Positions 53,507 through 64,000 of a DNA stretch of 64,000 nt are shown piece after piece. Position 1 is the first letter of the stretch. Each line of letters opens with the position of its first letter. Source of the DNA: Octopus vulgaris (Eukaryota); the NCBI GenBank assembly GCA_951406725.2, contig OX597839.1, positions 24,304,001-24,368,000 of the forward strand, written 5' to 3'. Below the pieces are notes generated by a model, which searched no databases, was not told the DNA's origin, and saw only the letters and a list, made by a program, of their open reading frames with translations. Both the position numbers and the translations under genes were made by a program.

Positions 53507-53908
53507 GCGCAGGAGTGGCTGTGTGGTAAGTAGCTTGCTAACCAACCACATGGTTCCGGGTTCAGTCCCACTGCGTGGCATCTTGGGCAAGTGTCTTCTG
53601 CTATAGCCCCGGGCCAACCAATGCCTTGTGAGTGGATTTGGTAGACAGAAACTGAAAGAAGCCCGTCGTATATATGTATATATATATATACGTATGTGTG
53701 TGTTTGTGTGTCTGTGTTTGTCCCCCTAGCATTGCTTGACAACCGATGCTGGTGTGTTTACGTCCCCGTCACTAAGCGGTTTGGCAAAAGAGACCGATAG
53801 ATATAAGTACTTGGGCTTACAAAAGAATAAGTCCCGGGGTCGATTTGCTCGACTAAAGGCGGTGCTCCAGCATGGCCGCAGTCAAATGACTGAAACAAGT
53901 AAAAGGGA
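53507..53908 (+). mobile_element. SINE family A, full length
   Basis: Complete head, body and tail. Confidence 0.9.
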
Positions 53909-54140
53909 GCACCTTCAACTCTCCCAAACAGTCTCACACAAACCACAGCAGAGCTGCTGTAACATAATCATGAGGATGACGTCAACAACAACAACAATAG
54001 TTAGCATCTGGAAATATGCAAAAATGGCTCAAGTAAGACAGGGATCTGTTCTTCACCCACACTTTTTTAACTCACGCCTCTGCAACTTACCCCACCCACC
54101 CAGTCTCAAATGACTAAAGAATAAAAAGTATATATATATA

Positions 54141-54525
54141 CTAGCAGTATCGCCCGGCGTTGCTCAGGTTTGTAAGGGAAATAACTATAAAGCATTTTTA
54201 GAGAGTTATAGCCAAAAAATAGCCAAAAAAATGCATTAAAAATGGAAAAAATATGATGGCAAATTTTTTTTTACATCGTTGACTCATCGTAGACATTTTT
54301 AGAGAGTTACTTCCCTTATATTAAAAAAAATATGCATTAAAATGGAAAAAAATGATGTTAAATTATTTTTAAAATCGTAGACTCATGCTAATACCCAGAA
54401 GGGCTCGATATGAATCACGACTATAAGATACCCGGTTTTGGTTAAACTGCACCGCAAAATGTGGGAGTAGTTAGGAATCTAAATCGGAGTAGACAGACAC
54501 ACAACCTTACTTTTAAATATAAAGA
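54141..54525 (-). mobile_element. Non-autonomous Helitron
   Basis: The minus strand begins TC after A and ends with a GC-rich hairpin (CCTGAGCAACGCCGGG) then CTAG before T. No target duplication. Confidence 0.75.
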
Positions 54526-54585
54526 TATTTAATATAATATAATATAATATTTAATATAATATAAAGATATATATATATATATATA

Positions 54586-54870
54586 TCACGTGACTGACCA
54601 GGCTATCAGATGTTGCTACACATCGCTGGTCACAATGCGCTTCGCATTGTTTTAGCCTTCAAACAACGCCAACCCGCTGGCTATGCGAGCAGGCCAACAG
54701 AAGAAAGAGCAAGAGAAAGTTGCAGCGAAAGAGTACAGCAGGGGTCGCCACCACCCACTGCCGGAGCCTCGTGGAGCTTTAGGTGTTTTCGCTCAATAAA
54801 CACTCACAACGCCCGGTCTGGGAATCGAAACCGCAATACCGCTGCCCTAACCACCGGGCCATTGTACCTC
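54586..54870 (-). mobile_element. Further tRNA-derived SINE family
   Basis: Minus-strand A-box TGGCCCGGTGGTTAGG and B-box GGTTTCGATTCCC. A related copy lies at about 27995-28260, and a similar head at about 62160-62290. Confidence 0.7.
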
Positions 54871-54973
54871 CACAATATATATATATATATATACCGGAGT
54901 AAACACATAAATGTGAAACAAGGTGGAAAAAAGAGTACTCAAATACCAGTGGTAGAGTAATATGCTTTATAAA

Positions 54974-55017
<44 letters not shown>

Positions 55018-55240
55018 TATTTGACACGGCTGTATTTGTGTGTTCTTTTATTCGTCTTGTTTGTTTCAGTCATTTGACTGCAGCCATGCTGGAGCACCAC
55101 CTTTAGTCAAATAAATCGCCCCCCCCCCCCAGGGCTTATTCTTTGTAATCCTAGTATTTATTCTATCGATCTCTTTTGCTGAACCACTAAGTTACGGGGG
55201 ACGTAAACACATCAACATCAGTTGTCAAGAGATAGGGGGT

Positions 55241-55278
<38 letters not shown>

Positions 55279-55467
55279 TTGTATGTATGTTATTTGTTCT
55301 TTAAAGACACACTACTGTTATTTCTCTTGGCTCATTTTTGTTTACACACACACATGCACGCAAACCAAAGAATTTTGTAGAGCTTCCATCAACCAAATTC
55401 CAGTGCCAAGACATTAGTCAACCAGAGACCATGGTAGAGAAAACTCATCCAGAACGCTACACCTTAA

Positions 55468-55686
55468 CCCTTTAGTATTTAAACCGGCCATATCCGGCCA
55501 AAATATTTAATCTGTTTTATGTTCAAACTGACCAGATCCAGGCTCTCACACCTACCCTACAATGTTATTCTACATTAAGTAATTACACCATCAAGATCTT
55601 GAAGATATGAGGTAATGCATGATTAATTCAAATCAATGTGAATCAATAAGCATTATGTTTGATTCAATAATCTGAACACTAAAGGG
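55468..55686. mobile_element. TTAA-MITE family D
   Basis: TIRs and TTAA on both sides. Nearly identical to 58141-58359. Confidence 0.85.
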
Positions 55687-58140
55687 TTAAAGACGAATGG
55701 AACCCAGAACCAATGCGGCTGCAAAGCAGAATTCCTAACCCGAGTGCCACACAGTTAGTTGTACCGTTCTAAAACTATCGTTCTGTTGTCTTGGAGGAAA
55801 ATTTCCTCATCACAAACCAAGCCTGGAAACTGTAGAAACATCAAAATGGCAGAGTCAAGCGAGTTCAACGAGATTATGTGAAAGTATTTAAGTGTTATTT
55901 CCTTCCCCCGTGCAGTAATATTTCACACATGTGAGAATACCGACTCTATCCACTTTTAAAAGGCTTCTTGCCAATTAGACAGAGGTCAAATTTCATTGAG
56001 GCAGGAAGACTCGCTTTTCAAAGAAAACTTCTCCATCACAAAGCCAGTTTGTATCGTTACCAGTCGGTCGTAGTCACACAGACACATCAATAAAGACTGA
56101 CAACGTTCTTCTGCTTAGTGATAAATTTAGGCAGAGATTATGAGCAGAGTGTGTGGGTATGCGACTATAAATAGCTAGTTACACATGTGTGTGTGTGTGT
56201 GTGTGTGTATCTTTATTCTTGTTACTCTGTATGGCAATGTTGCCTGTAACATCATAGTTGAGAGAGAAAGAGAGAGAGAGAGAGAGTAGGAAAGAGAGAG
56301 ACGGAGAGATAGAGAGAGTCAGACAGAGAGAGACGTAAACCAAAGCCTTGTGGGTGGATTTGCTAGAAGGAAACTGAAAGAAGCCTATCGTATATATGTG
56401 TGTGTGTATCTATGTGTACGTGTCTGTTTGCTCCCCGCCATCACCGCTTGATAACTGGTGTTGAGGTGTTTACGTCCCTGTTCAGCAAAAGATACTGATA
56501 GAAAAGGGCTAGGCTTAAAAACAGTCCTGGGTTCAATTTGGGTGACTAAAAACCTTATTATCAGAAGGATGTGTCATAGTCTCTGCAACAGACAGTGGAC
56601 TGTCGTCTTTTCTAGACAACAATACGTCACATCACTAGAGACACAATGGGTTCTTGTGGCCCATGTGACAGTGCCTCCTGTGCAATCTATGTGCAGTTAG
56701 ATCAGGCCAACTCTGATCCAGTGGGCTTATGATCACTGGAATTCCAGCCATGACCATCCTGGCACTTCAGGGTTATCTCGGATATTACATTGCCTTATGT
56801 GTGTCTTTTCCATTTTTTTTTTTTCAAGACAGCAAGGAAGATTGGGTTGCTATTTCTAGCAGGTCTACTAACTACACAATGGCGGTGGATGCGTGAGTGT
56901 GGGGAGAAGCTTGTGAATGTGCATGGGTGTTGAACATTTGCATACATGTGTGAACATGTATGCACAGGCTTGTGGAAGAGTATATCTTGTGAAACAGAAA
57001 ACATTGTTGCCGCTACATGCATGTATGTGGAGCAGTGTGTGTGTATGTACGTATTGCACACGCACGCACACACACATACACACACATATATATATACACA
57101 CACACACACATATCATGTGTATACATACACATACACAAGTGTGTGTATACATACGCACACACACATATATACACACACGTGTATACAGAAATACACATAC
57201 ACACGTGTATACATATATGCATGCACACACATATATATACACACATATATATATCCACACATATATATCGTGTATATACATACATACACACATGTATGTA
57301 TGTATACATATATATATACATATGACTATACATATGTACACATCTCTCTCTTTCTCATATATATACACACACACACACACATATATAGAAAGACAGACAG
57401 TAGAGTGTGTGTGTGTGTGAAAAGTGATGTGTGTGTGTGTGTGAAGCAGTGAATCTACTCAAACGTCACAAGCCAGTGCATGTGTGTGTGTGTGTGTGTG
57501 TGTGTGCATGTGCATGTGTGTGTGAGTCTAATGATTACCACTAAAACGTCTGTCAATATGTTTAGACAAGTCAGTCAACTACAAGCAACCAAACATCAGA
57601 GCTGTATCCTGTGTACATCACCAATTAATCTTTCCACCAAAGACGGGGGATGCAGACTCAACAAGCCTCATCATAAGACAACCCACCTCGAAAGAGTAGA
57701 AGATCCAAGCAAGAGGAGAGGACATTAGGTTTTCCACAGACAATATCTCTAACACTCTTCCTGTCTTGTAAAGGTACTCACCAGGGAGGGGCTAAGCCAG
57801 CTCCTATTGTGTTTACAGCCTCACAGGCCAAGGCAGTCCATGCACGTATGTTAGCAGCTGATTCTGCAGCATGTTGAAACCATTCCCGGTTCGGTTCCAG
57901 CAATGAATGCCAAAGATTTGAGGGCTGGAAACGAGCCCCTTGCTTGCTTTCACTGTTTTGAATTGCCTTCAGCTGACCAGCTCTTCACTTAGGCCAACCC
58001 ATGGGAGGACCTGGTGTTGCCTTCCAGACAAGTTCGTCAAGGGCACACTGTGATGCATGACCAACCCACCATAGTCTCCTTGTCAGAAGAGTCCCTTCAA
58101 GAGGGGAGAGACTTCAGCGAGCTTAAAGTTGTCGGTTTAA

Positions 58141-58359
58141 CCCTTTAGTACTTAAACTGGCCATATCCGGCCAAAATAGTTAATCTGTTTTATGTTCAAA
58201 CTGACCAGATCCAGGCTCTCACACCTACCCTACAATGTTATTCTACATTAAGTAATTACACCATCAAGATCTTGAAGATATGAGATAATGCATGATTAAT
58301 TCAAATCAATGGGAATCAATAAGCATTATGTTTGATAGAATAATCTGAACACTAAAGGG
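58141..58359. mobile_element. TTAA-MITE family D
   Basis: TIRs and TTAA on both sides. Confidence 0.85.
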
Positions 58360-59329
58360 TTAAAGCAGAATCTGAGAAGACAACGAATGCAGAAATGCTT
58401 GAGGGCCTCTCGCTTCTGGAGATCAGCAACAACGCATTGGCTGGGTCTCACAGCCATAGAGGAGAACCATTCGGACAAGGTAGAAGAATATCATGACCAG
58501 ATGATATTCAGTCCTTTAGAATTCAGATTATCCTATCAAATGTAATCCTTATCTCATCATCATCATCATTTAGCGTCCGCTTTCCATGCTGGCATAGGTT
58601 GGACGGTTCAACTGGGGTCTGGCAAGCCAGGAGGCTGCACCAGGCTCCAGTCTCATCTGGCAGTGTTTCTACAGCTGGATGCCCTTCCTAACGCCAACCA
58701 CTCCGTGAGTGTAGTGGGTGCTTTTTTATGTGCCAGACGAGGCTGGCAAAAGGCCACGATCGGATGGTGCTTTTTACGTACCACCGGGACAGAGGCCAGT
58801 CGGGGCGGCGCTGGCAACGGCCACATTCGGATGGTTCTCCTATGTGCCACCGGCACATCTATTCACATTATTTTGTGCTAATCATGCATTATCTCACAGC
58901 TTTGAGATTTCAATGATGTGACTCTATTTTTAGAACAACATTGTAGAACAGGTATGAAAGGCCAGATCTGGCCAGCAGAAAGCAGGTAGAATATTTAATA
59001 TATGTATATATAATATTGATGTATGGTACCATTAATATTAACCATTTAGCATTCAGATTACTCTGCTAAACATAATGCTTATTTATCCATATTGTTTTCA
59101 ATTAACAATGCATTACCTCATCTCTTTGAGTTGGTCTATTTTTAAATGACGTTGTAGGATAGGTGGGAAAGGCCTGATCTAACCAGTTTGAACTTAAAAC
59201 AGATTGTATTTGCACTTGATATGGTTCGTTGAACCCTTTAGCATTCAAATTTTATTCTGTCAAATGTATTAATTTGTATTAATCATGGATTATCTCATAG
59301 CTTTGAGATTTCAATGATGTGACTATTTC

Positions 59330-59716
59330 TCTATTTACTTGTTTCAGTCATTTGACTGCGGCCATGCTGGAGCACCGCCTTTAGTCGAGCAAATCGACCC
59401 CGGGACTTATTCTTTGTAAGCCCAGTACTTATTCTATCGGTCTCTTTTGCCGAACCGCTAAGTGACAGGGATGTAAACACACCAGCATCGGTTGTCAAGC
59501 AATGCTAGGGGGACAAACACAGACACACACACATATATATATATATATACATATATACGACAGGCTTCTTTCAGTTTCCATCTACCAAATCCACTCACAA
59601 GGCATTGGTCGGCCCAGGGCTATAGCAGAAGACACTTGCCGAAGGTGCCACGCAGTGGGACTGAACCCGGAACCATGTGGTTGGTTAGCAAGCTACTTAC
59701 CACACAGCCACTCCTG
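59330..59716 (-). mobile_element. SINE family A, full length, inserted into a TTAA-MITE
   Basis: Complete element, with the MITE sequence resuming on both sides. Confidence 0.88.
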
Positions 59717-60737
59717 ACTGTTTTTTTTTTTTTACAATGACATTGTTAAGTAGGTGTGAGAGGCCTGATCTAACAAGTTTGAACATAAAACAAGTAGAAA
59801 TTACTGGATATGACTGGTTTAAATGCTAAAGAGTCAAAAACTAGTTTTATAGATACTTCTTTTGAAATTCCTATTTTGTCTTTGTTCTTTTTCACACATA
59901 AATTTGTGTAAATTGAACTATGGAAAACAATAGACAAAAGAAAGCGAGCTATTTCTTGCAATAAATACATCTAAAATTGTGATTCACAGTCATTTTTTTT
60001 ATCTACGGACCCCTTGATTCCTATTTTATTCTGGAGGACACCCCAACCCATACCTATTTGATGTTTAAAAACTAGTTTTATAGATACTCCTTTCAAAATT
60101 CTGTTTTGCTTTTCACACATTTAACTTGCGTGGGTTGCACTATGGAATACTTGAGAGAAAGAAACCTAACTGTTTGTTACAATGAACTTATTCATCATCA
60201 TCATCATTTAGCGTCCGCTTTCCATGCTAGCATGGGTTGGATGGTTTAACTGGGGTCTGTGAAGCCGGGAGGCTGCATCAGGCCCAGTCTGATCTGGCAG
60301 TGTTTCTACAGCTGGATGCCCTTCCTAACGCCAACCACTCCGTGAGTGTAGTGGGTGCTTTTTACGTGCCACCGACACGGAGGTTAGACGGGGCGGCGCC
60401 AGCAACGACCACAATGGATGGTTCGCTTAACCACAGCTGCAATTCCCACTGATGTTGATCGACTTCAATTTGGTTCTGCTTTCTGATATATGAATTGATT
60501 TGGTTTGATTTTGATTTTGACTCCTAGAACAAAATTTGTTCATGAACCTTTAAAATACTGCTGTATTTTGCTTGCATACAACCAAGCCATCTAAACTCTT
60601 GTACAGACCCTCAGGGGTCATATGGACTCAAGTTGCAAACTCCACAATTGGTTCCGTCTGACTAGTCATAAGTTGAATTGGTCATAAGTCAGTCTATAAG
60701 ACCTAGATAGCATTGTTTGATATTTTTGCATTCTTAA

Positions 60738-60957
60738 CCCTTTAGTGTTTAAACCGGTTATATCCGGCCCAAATATTCTACTCATTTTATGCTCAAACTG
60801 GCCAGAACCACTATCTCACACCTACCCTGCAATGTCATTCTAAAAATAAACAATTACATCTTTCAAATCTTGAAGCTACAAGATAATACCAGGTTAATCT
60901 TTTAAAATGTAAACAAATAAGGATTACTTCTGACATATTAGTTTGAACACTAAAGGG
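60738..60957. mobile_element. TTAA-MITE family D
   Basis: TIRs and TTAA on both sides. Confidence 0.8.
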
Positions 60958-61650
60958 TTAAGGTACATTCTCAGGTAAAAGTCACACACAGCATTCCGTA
61001 TTATGCTATTATACTGGTGTTAGTCAAAAATTTCAGAGTCTCAAGCAATTGTCTTATGAACAAACATGAAGCTGCCTCGATGTCTCCGTAAGAGGATAGC
61101 CATCCGACACAGTGGCAATGGATAACCAATGCTAAGGGAAGCACTTGTTAGCTAACATCATCTGTAGAAGGGTTAATTTCTAAGAAATTAAACCCGTTAG
61201 ATTTCAACTAGACTATGTATTACTGCTGCTGGGAGCTGGCATGCCAGTTGTCATAAAGCCAATCAGTCGTAAGTCAGATAGGTCGTAAGTGGACAACCTG
61301 TGGTGGCCTATACTTTCTAATGGTTGGTCATAAGAAGAACGTCTGGCTCAATGGAGTCAGTTTGCTCTGTCGGTGTGTGTGTCAGGTGAAAGATTTGAAT
61401 GAGTGAAGACGAGCAAGAGCTGTGGAACCTACATCAGCAGGGGGGGGGACTTCGGTAAATTATTATCAATGATGAAGAAACACAGATGAGAGTAGTGTGT
61501 GCAGCAGTGGAAACTTGCATGAAGCCTTGTGTCATAACCAGTGCTTCGCTGCATCCATCATTCGTTGGTGATTCCTTAATGCACCTGGTGGATGGCATCT
61601 TTGCACCACTCAGGGGACAACCCTCCAACCCCAGTATATACATATATATA

Positions 61651-61876
61651 TTTCTTTATTGCCCACAAGGGGCTAAACATAGAGGGGACAAACAAGGACA
61701 AAGGGATTAAGTTGATTACATCGACCCCCGGTGCGAAACTGGTACTTTATTTATCGACCCTGAAAGGATGAAAGACAAAGTCGACCTCAGCGGAATTTAA
61801 ACTCAGAACGTAACGACAGACGAAATACCGCTAAGCATTTCGCCTGACGCGCTAATGTGTCTGCTAGCTCGCCACC
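61651..61876 (-). mobile_element. SINE family C, alternative-tail variant
   Basis: Matches 34265-34495. Confidence 0.8.
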
Positions 61877-62371
61877 CTAGTATATACATATATACACACA
61901 CACATACATACATGTACATACATATATATATAAAAGGGTAAAGACACCCATCAGTCATGGATGACTATGGGATTGCACCGAGAAAGATCCTCTCGAAGGC
62001 ACAAGTCCAGGCAAGGTTGTTTATGGAAGACCAATAGTCACGTCACCCATGTATACCAGCCTCCGCTCCTTTCCATGCCTTTCCATGCCAGATGTTATCC
62101 AAGGGAAAGGCAAAGGGCCCCGATACAGCTTGTCACCGGTTACATCACAACTCATTTCTACAGCTGAGTAAACTGGAGCAACGTGAAATAAAGTGTCTTG
62201 CTCAAGAACACATCACACAGCCCAGTCTCGGAATCGAACTCACTACCACACTGTAAGCCAGACCTTCTAACCACTGAGTCATGCACCTCTTCACATATGC
62301 ATAGATACATGCATGCACATGTATCTACACACACAAACATATATATATATATATATATATACATACATACA

Positions 62372-62410
<39 letters not shown>

Positions 62411-62614
62411 ATATATGTCATCATCATCATCATCATTTAGCGTCCGCTTTCCATGTGGCATGGGTTGGGCGGTTCAACTGGGGTCTGTGAAGCCAGAAGG
62501 CTGCATCAGGCCCAGTCTGATCTGCCCTTCCTAACGCCAACTACTCCGCGAGTGTAGTGGGTGATTTTTACGCGCCACCCGCACATAAATGTATATATAT
62601 ATATATATGTATGT

Positions 62615-62647
<33 letters not shown>

Positions 62648-62657
62648 CATATATGTG

Positions 62658-62688
<31 letters not shown>

Positions 62689-62703
62689 ATATATACATAT
62701 ATA

Positions 62704-62756
<53 letters not shown>

Positions 62757-62806
62757 GATACAAATAAGAAAATGGAGGAACAGATTCCTTTCAATCATCA
62801 ACTTAC

Positions 62807-62839
<33 letters not shown>

Positions 62840-63587
62840 TACACATCATGTGTGTGAGTGTACTCAGCAGCACATACACAATTACACCACAACACTTTTG
62901 TGATGATATTAATCTTCACCAATCACTCCTGTATGTAGATGGCACACCTTGAGAGCAACACACACACACATATATATATACATACACTCTCACAAAACAA
63001 CTCACTCTCCATTCTGAGTCCACAAACACGTTTTTATAACAACAAATATAATAATATACAGACAATGACCAGCCAGTGTGTATATACATACATGTGATTA
63101 TAGAGTAAAGGCCTGTATATTGACTTATTAGCCATCGGCTTTGCATGCATGTGTGATTATATATAACAAGGCCTATATATCTAAACCTGTGTATATATAT
63201 ATATAAATATATGCTGACAGTGTGTGTGTGTTATATTGACTGACCTATATATTGACACAAACCTGAACCATCGACCTCCATGCCAAGATAACAATCCACT
63301 GTAATAACAACTTCAAACTCTACATTGCACTGAACTAATCAAAATATTTATGGTATCACACATATACGCACACTACTACAGTTACACAAACACACACTCC
63401 GAAACACACACACACACGCACACACACACATATATATATATATGAAGGCCAGAGAGACAATCAGAAACACAGACATAATCACTACTACTACTACAACACA
63501 CACACACAAATGTAAATACAGATGGGTGGGGGTATTACAGAGAAACTCAAATACAAATATACACATACAGATAATCACACACACACA

Positions 63588-63624
<37 letters not shown>

Positions 63625-64000
63625 ATCACACACACACACACAATCACACACACACACACATACAACACACACACACACAATCACACACACACATACAATC
63701 ACACACACACACCTGCGGCTTGTTTCAGTTTCTATCTACCAAATCTCCTCAAAAGGCTTTGGTTGGCCCAGGGCTTCTAATAGGAGACACTTGCCCGGAG
63801 GTGCCATGCAGTGGAACTGAACCCAGAACCATGTGGTTGCGAAGCAAGCTTCTTACCAAGCCTGATCTTAGTGTGTTTCTGTGTATATTTGTATTTGAAT
63901 GTCTTGTCTGTCTGTCTGTCCCCCTGTTTACTTTTATCTGTATTTTTGTATTCATATTGTGTGTGTGTGTGTGTGTGTGTTTCTGTGACCCTCACCATTG

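Noticed and set aside
57600-58500. Complex sequence with a minus-strand gtgagt donor near 57776 as the upstream BAH exon
   Set aside because: The required phase-1 frame has an immediate TAG. The region looks more like a decayed LINE segment interrupted by a MITE, but I cannot classify it.

Overview
Eukaryotic, repeat-saturated non-coding DNA, most likely from an octopus (coleoid cephalopod). This rests on recurrent tRNA-derived SINE families I recognise from Octopus genomes and on extreme (TA)n/(CA)n/(GA)n microsatellite density. Almost all ORFs in the track are microsatellite or SINE artefacts. The one convincing host coding sequence is a 71-nt minus-strand exon (41774-41844). It encodes (D)CVYVDSCRADQPHYICTIQNFRI, the start of a RERE/atrophin-type BAH domain, so the window is probably two very large introns of that gene. 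No neighbouring canonical exon was found. The introns hold a candidate 51-nt frame-preserving cassette exon (48083-48133), enhancer-like unique islands, a strong CTCF-type motif and an RFX X-box. They also hold at least four SINE families, CR1 and RTE-like LINE 3' ends, TTAA-, TA- and hAT-type MITEs, a non-autonomous Helitron, nested insertions, a decayed hammerhead-like motif and many minisatellites. I found no evidence for a new multi-gene system. The best leads concern splicing and regulation of the BAH gene and transposon architecture.
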